A DNA stretch of 64,000 nt from Candidatus Eiseniibacteriota bacterium (GCA_041946735.1 JBHGAY010000004.1:32001-96000), one strand, 5' to 3'; positions 30,804 through 41,477 are shown, counted from the stretch's first letter. Numbers and translations: made by a program. Notes: generated from the sequence alone by a model not told the origin.

Positions 30804-33440
30804 ATGCGTTCACAACGCCGCCTCGACTGCGCAGGTCGATCCCTACTCCTCGTCGCGCTGACTCTCACGCCGTTTGCCGGCGCGGTCGCTCAGTCCCCGA
30901 GCTTGAGCTGGGACCGCGACCAGTCGCGGAACAACGTCGTGTTCGACAGCGAGGAGGGTCTCTTGCGACAGGACTTCCTGCGGTATCGGGCGGCTCACGA
31001 GCTCGAATCCGAGGAAGGGCAGGCGGACCTTCTGGGCGACAACGAGACGGCCGTCGTCGTGAACCCGGCCGATCCGTCGAACGTCGCCTATGCCTCGCTC
31101 TGGGAGCTGCGCGTCTCGATCGATGGCGGTCAGACCTTCCAGCCGCCGGTCGCCTCGTCCATCCCGCCGACCCATTACGCCGTCGGAGATCCCTCGCTCG
31201 CCTTCGACGCGGACGGCCGCCTCTACTGGACTTACCTCGCAAGCCTCGTCGATGACACGCACACCGACATCTTCCTCGCTCAATGCGATCCGGCGACCGG
31301 CGAGGTCCTCCCCGGCTATCCGGTCAACATCTCCGCGCAGACCGGATTCGAGTCGTGCACCGACAAGGAGTGGCTCGCGGTCGACTCCTGGCCGGGCAGC
31401 CCCTTCGCCAACCGGCTCTACGTCACCTGGACCGACATGGGCTCCGGCTGCTCGTTCGCCAATGACAATCAGAGATTCACCTACTCGACCGATCACGGGC
31501 TCACGTGGGCGACGAAGCAGACGCTCGCCACCGGGAGCTCCTGGCCGGTGAGCATGGCGGTCGCCAGCAACGGTGACGTCTACGTCGCCTATCACGGTTG
31601 GACGCAGATTGCGAACGAGCCCGGGACCGGCTTCGTGAAAATGGTCCGGTCGACGAACGGCGGAGCGAGCTTCGCTCCGGCGACCGATCCATTCCCGCCG
31701 GGCAGCGCCAGCATCACCACGAACATCGACCGCGATCTCCCGCACGTCCGCTTCTGGCTGCAAGGAAGTTTGCAGGCCTGGATCCTTCCCGATCCGCATG
31801 CGCCGTCCCACCTTGCCGTCATCGCCTGCGATGACCCGGAGAACGATTTCTCCTCCGGCGATCCGTCGGACGTCATGATCGCGCGGTCGACGAACAGCGG
31901 GCAGACGTGGACGGTCCCGCAAAGGGTGGAGTCGAGCGCCTCGGGGCTGCTGCAGGTGATGCCTTCGGCTGCCGTCGATCGGACGACGGGCAACATTGCC
32001 GTGACCTGGTACGACAATCGCGAAGGAGGCGTGAACGCGGACGGAAACTATCTTCTCGACACCTACGCGGCCGTGAGCACGGATGGAGGAGCCTCGTTCC
32101 TCGACGCCTTCCGCATCAGCGACGTCCCCTTCGACCCGGACCTGCGCGCGCCGTGCAGGTTCAACTGCCCGCCCCGCATCTTCACGTCATGGGACGGAGG
32201 AGCGAACTGCGCCTACATCTGCGGCAACGCCGTCTACAAGTGGAACGGAACGAGCTGGGCGCCGGTGAACCCCGGCGGAACGGCTCAGAAGAACGGCGTT
32301 TGGGGCGCCTCCCCCTCGGCGGTCTGGATCGTTGGGAACTCCGGCGAGATCCGCTTCTGGAACGGCACGCAGTGGTCGGGTCAGACGAGCCCTACCAGCT
32401 TGAGCTTGTACAAAGTGCACGGACAATCGGCGACAAATGTGACAGCCGTGGGCAACGGCGGCGCGATCGTCCACTGGAACGGGACGAACTGGTCGTTGCA
32501 GCCGAGCGGTTTCAACGGCAGTCTGCGCGGCATCTGGACGCTTCCCGGAGGTACCGCCTGGGCTGCCGGCCGCGCGGGCACCGTCCTCCATTTCGACGGC
32601 GTGTCCTGGAGTCCCGCGACTCCGATCCCCACCGATCAGCACCTGCAGGACGTCTGGGCCACCTCCGACGCGAACGTCTGGACCGTCGGCCTGAACGGCG
32701 GCATCTATCACTGGAACGGGTCGAGCTGGACCACGATCGAGTCCAACCTCTCGAGCCTCACCGCGGTCTGGGGCAGCGGACCCGACGACATCTACTTCGC
32801 GGGATGGGGAAACGACGTCCTTCACTGGAACGGTCAGGAGATGGAGCGGCAGGCGATCGGCGGAGACGTGTTCGACATCAACGGCGCCGGTCCCGACGAC
32901 ATCCTGATGTCTCGAAACCCGGGAAGGGCGACCCGCTTCGATGGAAACTCATGGGTCGAGCAGCCGGTGCCGGTCCTACCTGCGACGGCCGTGCTCCGAA
33001 TCGGCGAGTACACCGGCACCGCAGTTGCTGGTGTGCGCGGTCTCGCTACATGGACCGGAAATTCCACGAGAGGAGATTCCGACCCGCCCGCGCAGGCCGC
33101 CTTCTTCGACGTCTTCCCGGCCGGCGGGCCCGCTTCCGCCGGAGAGATCGCGGCCGGTCCCTCGCTTCTGCTGCTCGAGGGTGGGCATCCGAATCCATTC
33201 CGGTGGGTGACGGAGATCGGCTATTCGCTTCCCGAACCGAAGCACGTCTCCGTCCGCGTCTTCGACGTCTCCGGACGGCTGGTCGATCTGCTCGACTCCG
33301 GTATGCGCGACGCGGGGCCCCACGATGTGACGTGGGACGGGCGCGATGCTTCCGGGAGAGCCGCCCCGGCGGGCACATACTTCGTGAGGCTCGAGGCGGA
33401 GGGCAAGGCGAGCACCGCAACGATCGTCCTGTCGCGTTGA
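30804..33440 (+). CDS. Secreted BNR/Asp-box (sialidase-like) propeller plus Trp-rich propeller plus FlgD-type domain
   Basis: Asp-boxes SIDGGQTF, STDHGLTW, STNGGASF, STNSGQTW, STDGGASF; repeated HWNGxxW; C-terminal PNPF...WDGRDASG. Confidence 0.82.
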   Translation: MRSQRRLDCAGRSLLLVALTLTPFAGAVAQSPSLSWDRDQSRNNVVFDSEEGLLRQDFLRYRAAHELESEEGQADLLGDNETAVVVNPADPSNVAYASLWELRVSIDGGQTFQPPVASSIPPTHYAVGDPSLAFDADGRLYWTYLASLVDDTHTDIFLAQCDPATGEVLPGYPVNISAQTGFESCTDKEWLAVDSWPGSPFANRLYVTWTDMGSGCSFANDNQRFTYSTDHGLTWATKQTLATGSSWPVSMAVASNGDVYVAYHGWTQIANEPGTGFVKMVRSTNGGASFAPATDPFPPGSASITTNIDRDLPHVRFWLQGSLQAWILPDPHAPSHLAVIACDDPENDFSSGDPSDVMIARSTNSGQTWTVPQRVESSASGLLQVMPSAAVDRTTGNIAVTWYDNREGGVNADGNYLLDTYAAVSTDGGASFLDAFRISDVPFDPDLRAPCRFNCPPRIFTSWDGGANCAYICGNAVYKWNGTSWAPVNPGGTAQKNGVWGASPSAVWIVGNSGEIRFWNGTQWSGQTSPTSLSLYKVHGQSATNVTAVGNGGAIVHWNGTNWSLQPSGFNGSLRGIWTLPGGTAWAAGRAGTVLHFDGVSWSPATPIPTDQHLQDVWATSDANVWTVGLNGGIYHWNGSSWTTIESNLSSLTAVWGSGPDDIYFAGWGNDVLHWNGQEMERQAIGGDVFDINGAGPDDILMSRNPGRATRFDGNSWVEQPVPVLPATAVLRIGEYTGTAVAGVRGLATWTGNSTRGDSDPPAQAAFFDVFPAGGPASAGEIAAGPSLLLLEGGHPNPFRWVTEIGYSLPEPKHVSVRVFDVSGRLVDLLDSGMRDAGPHDVTWDGRDASGRAAPAGTYFVRLEAEGKASTATIVLSR

Positions 33441-33692
33441 CCGCGGGTCGCCGGCCGCGACATGCCGTGATCGAGCAGTCGGCGCCCTGTTCCCGTTGCG
33501 GGAGAACCGCAGGGGATGGGGGCGCCGGCCCCTTTCCCAACGGCAAGCTGGCTCCGATATAGCGAAGTCCACCGTCCGAACCGGATACTTCGCGGCGCTT
33601 CGCCGGACACGGTCATCGGATCACAGCCACCGGATCTTGGACGGTCGGCGAGACGGCGATAGACTGGCACCGGTTCGGCATCGGGGGCCCTC

Positions 33693-36600
33693 GTGGACCA
33701 CTCCGCACACGACTCCCCCGGGAGCGAGCCGGCGAGAGGACATCGCTCCCGAGAGGGCAAGGAGATCCCGGCAGCCATCGGCCGCTATCCGGTCACCGGT
33801 GTGCTCGGCCGCGGCGGCATGGGGATCGTGTATGCCGGGGAAGATCCGCAGCTCGGGCGAGCGATCGCGATCAAGGTTCTGCATCCCAGGATCGCTGTCG
33901 ACTCTGCCGGTCGGACCTCGTTCGAGCGAGAGGCGCGGCTCCTCGCCGCTCTGAATCACCCGAACATCGCGACGATCTACTCGCTGGAGCGACAGGACGA
34001 GCGCGATTTCCTGACGATGGAGCTCGTGTCCGGCGATAGTCTCGCCGACCGGATCGCGCGTGGGCCGGTCTCTCCCAGCCAGTCGATCGAGTTCGCGCGC
34101 CAGATCGCCAGCGGCCTCGAAGCCGCTCACGCCGCGGGGATCCTCCATCTCGATCTGAAGCCGACCAACATCAAGATCACGCAGGACGAGCGGGTGAAAC
34201 TGGTCGATTTCGGACTGGCCCGCATTCGCTCATCTCAAGAAGCTGCGTCGAGCGAGCGGGCAGCGATCGCCCAACCGGCGACGATCGAGATGGAGATCCA
34301 GGGCTCTCCGGGATACATGAGTCCCGAGCAGCTCCGGGGAGGCCCGTTCGACACGAAGAGCGACATCTGGGCGCTCGGATGCGTGCTCTTCGAAATGTTC
34401 GCCGGGCGTCCCGCGTTTCCGGGCCCCACGGTTTCCGATCGGATCGCCGCGACCCTCCAGACCGTGCCCGACTGGGTGGCGCTCCCCACGGATACGCCGC
34501 TTCGGATCCGCTTCCTGATCCAGCAATGTCTCGAGCGGGACGTGGACCGCCGGCTCGATTCGATGACCCGCGCTCGTCGGATGCTGGAGGGGGAGATCGC
34601 ATCCGCCATGCAGGAGCCGATTCCCGAGCCTACTTCCCCGGAGGCCGGCCAACATCCGACCAACCTTCCGCTGGCTCTGACATCGTTCATCGGCCGTTCC
34701 GTCCTTCTCGAGGAACTGGCGCGGCGACTTGCGGAAGAGCGGCTCGTTACGCTGACGGGTCCGGGCGGCTGTGGAAAGACCCGGCTGGCGCGTGAGGCCG
34801 GCCGCAGGCTCCTCCCGGCGTTCCCGGATGGGGTCTGGCTGGTGGAGCTGGGGCCGGTCCGCGAGCCGGAGATGGTTCCGCACGCGGCCTGTGCAGCCCT
34901 CGGGATTCGCGAAGACTCCCAGCGCCCGCTGACGGAGACGCTGCGCCTCGAGCTCAAATCCAGGCAGATGCTCGTCATCCTGGACAACTGCGAGCACCTG
35001 GTCGATGCGAGCGCCCGCCTGGCCCAGTACCTGTTGGAGGTCTGCCCGAACCTCCGCGTTCTCGCCACCAGCCGGGAGCGGCTCGGCGTCGCAGGGGAGT
35101 CGCTCTGCCCGCTGCCGCCGCTGGCGATTCCCGGGAGCATGGAGTTCCGTTCCGTATCGGATCTTGAGCAGATCGAGTCCGTACGGCTCTTCCTGGATCG
35201 TGCGCAGGCCGCCGACGCGCGCTTCACGCTCACGCCGGACAACGCGGAGCTCGTCGCTCAGGTGTGTACAAGGCTCGATGGCATTCCCCTCGCCCTGGAG
35301 CTTGCGGCGGCTCGAGTCGGAGTGCTTCCGGTCGAGGAGATCGCTCAACGCCTCGACGATCGCTTCCACCTCCTCACGACGAGCACGCGGACATCGATCC
35401 CCCACCATCGGACGCTGCATGCGCTGATCGACTGGAGCCATGACACGCTCACGGATGCGGAGAGCCTCCTTTTCCGGCGGCTGGGGATCTTCAGCGGAGG
35501 TTGGTCGCTGGAGGCGGTGGAGGAGATCTGCGCTCCGGGCGACATCGAGCCGTGGAACGTCCTCGACCTGCACTCCCGCCTCGTCGAGAGATCGTTGATC
35601 GAACGGGACGTCGATGGCGAACGCCGGGCCGGTCAGGTCCGCTACAGGGCTCTCGAGACGATCCGTGAATACGCCCGGGAGAAGCTGCGCGAAGCGCTGG
35701 AAGAGGAGATGTTGCAGCTCCGGCATCGGGGCTTCTTCCTGGCCCTCGCGGTCGGGTCCTCGGCACATCTCGTCGGACCGGACCAACGGGTCTGGTCCCA
35801 GCGTCTGGAGGTCGATCACGACAACCTGCGATCCGCGATCGCAGGCGCCTGCGCTCCGGGGCCACAGCGCGACGTCGAGGCCGCCGTGAAGATTGCCGCT
35901 TCGCTCGGGCGGTACTGGTACGGACGCGGCCGCTGGACCGAGGGGCGCACCCTCATGAAGGAGGTGCTCGCGCTCCCCGGCGCCGCTACGAGAAACGCGT
36001 GTCGCGCGCAGGCGCTCGCCTGGACGGGCTGGATCGCGCTCTGGCAGGGCGATCTGGACGAGGCGTGGACGACGAATCAGGAGAGCCTGGCGATCCGGCG
36101 GGAGCTGGGGGATCGGATGGGCATCTCCCAGTCACTCAACAACCTCGGCGCCGTGGCACTGGAGCGGGCGGATTTCGCGGCATGCCGTGCGTTCTACGAA
36201 GAGAGCCTCGCGTTGCGGCGAGCCGAGGGGAACCTCCGCTATCAGGCGGTCTCCCTTCACAACCTCGCCGAGCTCTGCTTCCGCACCGGCGATCTCGAAG
36301 AAGCACGACGATTCAACGAGGAGAGCCTGGCGCTTCGACGGGAGGTGGGAGATCTGATGGGGATCGCCGACTCCCTCTGTGCGCTCGGCATGGTCGCGGA
36401 ACGAATGTCGGATCTCGCAGGGGCCCGCGAATTCCACGAAGCGAGCCTCGCAAACCGCATGGACAGGGAGGATCCGATGGGAATCGGCGAGTCCTTGCAC
36501 AATCTCGCAGGGATCGACGCGCAGGAAGGACGCTTCGACACCGCCCGGCTTCGTTACGCGCGAAGCCTGTCGATCCGGAAGGGCCTCGGAGATCGGCTTG

Positions 36601-36872
36601 GGATCATCGAATCGCTGGAGGCCATCGGGTTTCTCGAGATCGAGGCGGGCGACTATCGCAGGGCTGCGTGCGTTCTCGGGGCGGCGGCAGCCGTGCGGGC
36701 GGAGATCGAGGCGGCGGTTCCTCCTCCCCGTGAGAGACAGCTCGAGAAAGCGCTCGGCAGGGCTCGCCGGCAACTCGGGCATTCGGCCGTCGAAAGCGAG
36801 TGGGAGCGCGGCCGACGCATGACGATTCCGGAAGCGGTCGAATGCGCTGCGTCCGGTCTGCCGGGAACATGA
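33693..36872 (+). CDS. Ser/Thr protein kinase-STAND (NB-ARC-like) NTPase-TPR protein
   Basis: GRGGMG, AIK, HLDLKPTN, DFG, YMSPE; GPGGCGKT, ILDNCEH; TPR repeats (SLNNLG, SLHNLA). Confidence 0.92.
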   Translation: MDHSAHDSPGSEPARGHRSREGKEIPAAIGRYPVTGVLGRGGMGIVYAGEDPQLGRAIAIKVLHPRIAVDSAGRTSFEREARLLAALNHPNIATIYSLERQDERDFLTMELVSGDSLADRIARGPVSPSQSIEFARQIASGLEAAHAAGILHLDLKPTNIKITQDERVKLVDFGLARIRSSQEAASSERAAIAQPATIEMEIQGSPGYMSPEQLRGGPFDTKSDIWALGCVLFEMFAGRPAFPGPTVSDRIAATLQTVPDWVALPTDTPLRIRFLIQQCLERDVDRRLDSMTRARRMLEGEIASAMQEPIPEPTSPEAGQHPTNLPLALTSFIGRSVLLEELARRLAEERLVTLTGPGGCGKTRLAREAGRRLLPAFPDGVWLVELGPVREPEMVPHAACAALGIREDSQRPLTETLRLELKSRQMLVILDNCEHLVDASARLAQYLLEVCPNLRVLATSRERLGVAGESLCPLPPLAIPGSMEFRSVSDLEQIESVRLFLDRAQAADARFTLTPDNAELVAQVCTRLDGIPLALELAAARVGVLPVEEIAQRLDDRFHLLTTSTRTSIPHHRTLHALIDWSHDTLTDAESLLFRRLGIFSGGWSLEAVEEICAPGDIEPWNVLDLHSRLVERSLIERDVDGERRAGQVRYRALETIREYAREKLREALEEEMLQLRHRGFFLALAVGSSAHLVGPDQRVWSQRLEVDHDNLRSAIAGACAPGPQRDVEAAVKIAASLGRYWYGRGRWTEGRTLMKEVLALPGAATRNACRAQALAWTGWIALWQGDLDEAWTTNQESLAIRRELGDRMGISQSLNNLGAVALERADFAACRAFYEESLALRRAEGNLRYQAVSLHNLAELCFRTGDLEEARRFNEESLALRREVGDLMGIADSLCALGMVAERMSDLAGAREFHEASLANRMDREDPMGIGESLHNLAGIDAQEGRFDTARLRYARSLSIRKGLGDRLGIIESLEAIGFLEIEAGDYRRAACVLGAAAAVRAEIEAAVPPPRERQLEKALGRARRQLGHSAVESEWERGRRMTIPEAVECAASGLPGT

Positions 36873-36987
36873 CGACGCTGGGCGGGACGCCGTTTCTCCG
36901 GCGCCCCCACCCACCGTCCTGCTCGTTCTGCTCGTCAGAATCGCGCTTCTGGAGGCAAGCTACCGAAACGCGTTACCCCAGCCAAGG

Positions 36988-37359
36988 CTACCAGCGGCCG
37001 TGATCGGTATGGCCGTGGTGCCCGTGGTGGCCCGTAGAGTCGCAGCCTCCGCCGCCATGATGTCCGCCGTGGCCGGTTGTATCGCAGCCTCCTCCGCCGT
37101 CATGGCAGCCGCCGGGGCAGTTCGGATCGCAGTCCCCACCGCCCATCATGCAGTCCATGTGGTTCGGACAGGTGCAGCTATCGGCCGGGCAGCCCATGCA
37201 GTCGCCGCAGCCACCACCACCACCGCCTCCCGCTCCGTGAAGGCTCTCTGGAGTGATCACCGAGTTGCGACCGCCTGTGGAGCCCGGATCGTCCGCGCAT
37301 CCCCACGCGACCAGGAAGAGAAAGAGGACCGGAATCGACCAGGCCAGAACTCGACGCAT
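36988..37359 (-). CDS. Small Cys/His/Gly-rich predicted lipoprotein
   Basis: MRRVLAWSIPVLFLFLVAWG-C lipobox; 12 Cys and 12 His; purine-rich RBS. Confidence 0.65.
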   Translation of the reverse strand: MRRVLAWSIPVLFLFLVAWGCADDPGSTGGRNSVITPESLHGAGGGGGGGCGDCMGCPADSCTCPNHMDCMMGGGDCDPNCPGGCHDGGGGCDTTGHGGHHGGGGCDSTGHHGHHGHTDHGRW

Positions 37360-37675
37360 CTCACTTCCCCCTTGTGGCTCGCCAGCGATATCGACACATG
37401 GAATGTCACCAGAGTGACGCCTGAAGATTTTCTCCGGCCTCGCGCGTAGATGGAATTTCATTCTTCTGAAGTTCAAGATGGCGTGGGCTTTTTGTGCTTA
37501 GCTTCACGACGTGCTCCGTCCTCATCTTCGCTGGGATCGGTCAGATCGGGTGTGCCGCCGAGGTGCCATCGCGGACGGATTTGACTCTGCCGGGCGGGCC
37601 GGCGTAGCGTCCGCTCCGGTGTGAGCGCCGCGCGAGGGCGAGGGCGCGGGCGGAGGAAGGGAGGCGGTTCCCCTC

Positions 37676-38638
37676 ATGCGACGACGTCGGTTCCTTTCGG
37701 CCAGCGCGGGGTGGGTCGCTGCGAGCCTGGCTCCTGCCTCGATTCCATTCGGGATCCCCGACTCGCCTGCCCGGGCCTTCGGAACGCCGGCCCTGGCGTC
37801 TGCTGCTTCTGGCGCCGATCCCACGTCGATTCCGCTTCTCGCCGTTGCGCACGGTCCTGATCCCGCGTCGATCGCGGCCGCGGCGATCGACGCGCTCGGC
37901 GGTGTCGGCCGTTTCGTCTCACTCGGCGATCGGGTGGTGCTGAAGGCGAACATCGGCTGGGACCGCACCCCCGAGCAGGCGGCGAACACGAACCCGGAGT
38001 TGCTCGCGGGTCTCGTCCGTCTTTGCCTGGGCGCGGGCGCGAAGTCGGTCCTCGTCTTGGACAATCCCTGCAACGATCCGCGCCGCTGTTACACGCGGTC
38101 GGGAATCGAAGCAGCCGTCAAGGCGGCGGGAGGACGGGTCGAGTTCTTCGAGGAAGCGCGCACGCGCAAGATGAGCGTCGGCGGATCGGCCGTGAAAGAG
38201 TGGCTCGTTCATCCCGCATTCGTCGAGCGGGACGTGCTGATCAACGTGCCGATCGCCAAGCACCACGGCCTCGCCGGAATCACCCTGGGGATGAAGAACT
38301 GGCTCGGCGCGCTCGGAGGCCCTCGCAACCGGCTGCATCGAGAGATCGACCGCTCGATCGTGGACCTGCAGGCGTTCTTCCGCCCCGACCTCACGCTGAT
38401 CGACGGCGTGCGGATCCTCAAGCGTGGCGGACCGCAGGGGGGAAGCCTCGACGACGTCGAGCGGCTGGACACCGTCGTCGCCTCCGCCGATCCGCTCGCG
38501 GCCGAAGCGCGCGGCGCGGCTCTCCACGGACGCCGCGCGGCAGATCTCCCTCACATCCGTATCGGCCTCGAGCGCGGTCTCGGCAGGATCCAGTGGGAGG
38601 CGGGCGAAGAGCGCGTGCTCGAGGTCCCTCGAGGCTGA
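37676..38638 (+). CDS. DUF362-domain protein with Tat signal
   Basis: MRRRRFL; GDRVVLKANIGW...ANTNPE; INVPIAKHH; LGMKNWLG. Confidence 0.9.
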   Translation: MRRRRFLSASAGWVAASLAPASIPFGIPDSPARAFGTPALASAASGADPTSIPLLAVAHGPDPASIAAAAIDALGGVGRFVSLGDRVVLKANIGWDRTPEQAANTNPELLAGLVRLCLGAGAKSVLVLDNPCNDPRRCYTRSGIEAAVKAAGGRVEFFEEARTRKMSVGGSAVKEWLVHPAFVERDVLINVPIAKHHGLAGITLGMKNWLGALGGPRNRLHREIDRSIVDLQAFFRPDLTLIDGVRILKRGGPQGGSLDDVERLDTVVASADPLAAEARGAALHGRRAADLPHIRIGLERGLGRIQWEAGEERVLEVPRG

Positions 38639-38642
38639 CCGG

Positions 38643-40250
38643 ATGCTGCGCCGCGTCCGGATCGCCGTGCAGCTCGCGAGCCTTGCGCTCTTCCTCTATC
38701 TGCTCGCGCGCACGGTCGGAATCGGCGAGGACCAGCTCGGCCCTCCCGTCCGGATCTTCCTCGAGATCGACCCGCTGATCGGCATCACGACCTGGCTCCG
38801 GACGGGCGCGCTGCATGGTCTGCTTCCGCTGTCGCTGGCGACGCTCGCCCTCGCCTTCCTGCTCGGCCGCTCCTTCTGCGGGTGGATCTGCCCTCTCGGG
38901 ACCCTCTCGCAAGCCAGCGGGCGCCTGCGGCGGCCGCGCGCCACGGAGAAGACCGCCGACCGTTACCGGCCATCTCAGCGATGGAAGGTCTGGATCCTCC
39001 TCGCGGTCCTTGCCAGCTCCGCGGCCGGCTTTCTCGTGACGGGGATCCTCGATCCCATCACGATCCTCGTTCGCTCGCTCGCCCTCGGCCTCGGGCCGGC
39101 GATGGAATCGACGATTCGCGCGGGGGCGAACGGGCTGGCCGCCACTCCGGCAGGGGGCGTGACCGACCGCGTCTACTTCTATATCCGTGACCACGCAATG
39201 GCGCCGCATCCTCCTCGCTTCGAGCAGGGGATGCTCCTCACCGGGATCCTGATCCTCCTTCTGGGGCTTGCCTGGATCCGGAAGCGCTTCTGGTGCCGGA
39301 CCCTGTGTCCGCTCGGAGCGCTCCTCGGGATCTGCGCGCACGCCGGGACACTGCGGCTGCGGCAAGATGACGTCACCTGCACGAGCTGCGCGCTCTGCAC
39401 ATTTCATTGCCAGGGGGCCGCCGATCCTCATAAGCCGGGCGGCTGGCGCGCCTCGGAATGTTTCGTCTGCGGCAACTGCACCGCGGCCTGCACGCGGAAC
39501 GGCCTCTCTTTTACGATCGGCTCGCCGAGGATAGCGCGGACTCTGGGGGGGTGGATCCCGCGCCGTCGCGCGCCCGCGAGACGCCCGCACCCGGCAGGCG
39601 CCGTCCTCGACATCGGACGCCGCCAGCTCCTGCTCGCCGGCGGCATCGGTCTTGCGGCCGGAGCGCTCGCTCCGCTCTCCCCTTCGCGCGCGCATCCGAG
39701 GGACGGCGTGATCCGGCCGCCGGGCGCGGGGCCCGAGCCGGAGTTCCTCGACCAGTGCATTCGCTGCGGGGAATGCATGAAGGTCTGCACCGGCAACGGC
39801 CTTCATCCCGCCGCTCTCGAGGAGGGCCTGCAGGGCCTGTGGGCGCCCATCCTGCGGCCGCGCCTTGGCTATTGCGAATACGAGTGCACGCTCTGCGGCC
39901 AGGTCTGCCCGACCGGTGCGATCCCGCTCCTCGATGCGGCCGAGAAGAAGCGGACGGTGATCGGCATCGCCTATGTCGATGCCGGCCGTTGCCTGCCGTT
40001 CGCCTCGCTCGCGCCGTGCATCGTGTGCGAGGAGCACTGCCCGACGTCGCCCAAGGCGATCCAGCTCGACGACATCGAAGCGGCGCGGCCCGGCGGCGAG
40101 CGCGTGCGGCTGAGGAGGCCGCGCGTAGTGACCGAGGCGTGCGTGGGATGCGGAATCTGCGAGTTCCGGTGCCCGATCGAGGGAAGCGCGGGAATCCGGA
40201 TCTCGGGAAGTGCCCGGACCGATCGGCTGGCGCCGGCCGCACAGGGCTAA
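38643..40250 (+). CDS. Membrane polyferredoxin (NapH/MauN-like fused to NapG/MauM-like)
   Basis: TM helices with FCGWICPLG and FWCRTLCPLG; six further 4Fe-4S-type Cys clusters such as CIRCGECMKVC and CVGCGICEFRCP. Confidence 0.88.
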   Translation: MLRRVRIAVQLASLALFLYLLARTVGIGEDQLGPPVRIFLEIDPLIGITTWLRTGALHGLLPLSLATLALAFLLGRSFCGWICPLGTLSQASGRLRRPRATEKTADRYRPSQRWKVWILLAVLASSAAGFLVTGILDPITILVRSLALGLGPAMESTIRAGANGLAATPAGGVTDRVYFYIRDHAMAPHPPRFEQGMLLTGILILLLGLAWIRKRFWCRTLCPLGALLGICAHAGTLRLRQDDVTCTSCALCTFHCQGAADPHKPGGWRASECFVCGNCTAACTRNGLSFTIGSPRIARTLGGWIPRRRAPARRPHPAGAVLDIGRRQLLLAGGIGLAAGALAPLSPSRAHPRDGVIRPPGAGPEPEFLDQCIRCGECMKVCTGNGLHPAALEEGLQGLWAPILRPRLGYCEYECTLCGQVCPTGAIPLLDAAEKKRTVIGIAYVDAGRCLPFASLAPCIVCEEHCPTSPKAIQLDDIEAARPGGERVRLRRPRVVTEACVGCGICEFRCPIEGSAGIRISGSARTDRLAPAAQG

Positions 40251-40271
40251 CGCTCGGCCGGCCGCGGTAGA

Positions 40272-41477
40272 GTGATGCGCATGGGACTTCCCGGCCTGCG
40301 CCGCGCTTCCGTTCCCGCGACGCGCGGCGTTTCGATCCTCGATCTGCTCGGCGCGGTCCTGGCGCTCCTCGCCGGCGTTGCCGCGTCGCGGATCGCCACG
40401 ATCGACCGTCCCCTCGTCGAAAGCGTGTACGCGCGCGGCCTCTATCCTTGGATCGCCTTCGCCCTCGCCGTTCCGGCGCGAGCCGCCGCCTCGTTCTGCA
40501 TCGCCCCTTTCCTCACGGGCGCGCTCGCGATCGCGGCGATCGTGTGGATCGCTGCCGGCGTCCGGCCGGGCGGAGCGCCGCGGGCCGCGGTCCGGCTCCT
40601 CTCCGTGGCAGCGCTCGCGGTCTGGTTCTTCCTGCTCTTCTGGGGCTTCAACCATGCGCGACCGGCTCTGCTCGACCGCCTCGGCCTCCCGCGCGTCCCC
40701 GCCACGGCGGAAGCTCTCGCCCGGCTCTCCGCCTCCCTGTCGATCGAGCTGGAGCAGGCGCAGCGTGAGGCCGCCGCATCGGGCGAGATCGTCTGGCCCT
40801 CCGACGGCAGCGGAAGTCCGCTCGATCCTTCACCGGCGGGGACGGATCCCGGCGGCCGGGCGGAGACCGGCGGACGTCTCGCCATCCCGCTCGACAGGCT
40901 GTCCGAGCGCCTGGCGGCCGGCCACCGCTCGTTCACTCCGGTCGCGATCGGGCGCGTGCGCTACGCGCGGCCGAAGACGTCCCGCTTCCTGAGCTACCTC
41001 TATACGAGGATCGGGATCGCCGGCATCTACTCCCCCTTCACCGGCGAGGCGACCTACAACGGAGCGATGCCGGATGCGGCGATCCCCTTCGCGATCGCGC
41101 ACGAGATGGCGCACCAGCGCGCGACGGCGCGCGAGGATGAGTCGAACTTCTTGGCGTTCGTCGCTTGCCGGAAGAGCGGCTCGCCGGCCGCGCGATACAG
41201 CGCGGCGCTCGGCGCCTGGCGCACGGCGATCGCCGCGTACGCGAGCGTCGCGCCCGACTCCGCGCGAGCGCTCGCCGCTCGGATCCCCGAGCCTGCCCGC
41301 CGGGATCTTCGAGCGATCCGGTCGTTCTGGCAGCGTCACGCCGGACCGACCGCCGACGTCGCGGAGCGAGTGAACGACGCCTATCTGAAGGCGAGCGGGG
41401 ACCGGCGCGGGGTTCGGAGCTACGGCCGGATGATCGATCTCCTGCTGGCGTACGAGGAGACGGTCAACCGCCCGTAG
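40272..41477 (+). CDS. DUF3810-family membrane protein (zincin-like HExxH)
   Basis: VESVYARGLYP, WGFNHAR, GIYSPFTGEA, HEMAHQ, EDESNF; start approximate. Confidence 0.85.
   Translation: MMRMGLPGLRRASVPATRGVSILDLLGAVLALLAGVAASRIATIDRPLVESVYARGLYPWIAFALAVPARAAASFCIAPFLTGALAIAAIVWIAAGVRPGGAPRAAVRLLSVAALAVWFFLLFWGFNHARPALLDRLGLPRVPATAEALARLSASLSIELEQAQREAAASGEIVWPSDGSGSPLDPSPAGTDPGGRAETGGRLAIPLDRLSERLAAGHRSFTPVAIGRVRYARPKTSRFLSYLYTRIGIAGIYSPFTGEATYNGAMPDAAIPFAIAHEMAHQRATAREDESNFLAFVACRKSGSPAARYSAALGAWRTAIAAYASVAPDSARALAARIPEPARRDLRAIRSFWQRHAGPTADVAERVNDAYLKASGDRRGVRSYGRMIDLLLAYEETVNRP

Noticed and set aside
38643..40250. napGH of a Nap nitrate reductase
   Set aside because: No napA/napB; fused architecture and DUF362 context indicate a different system
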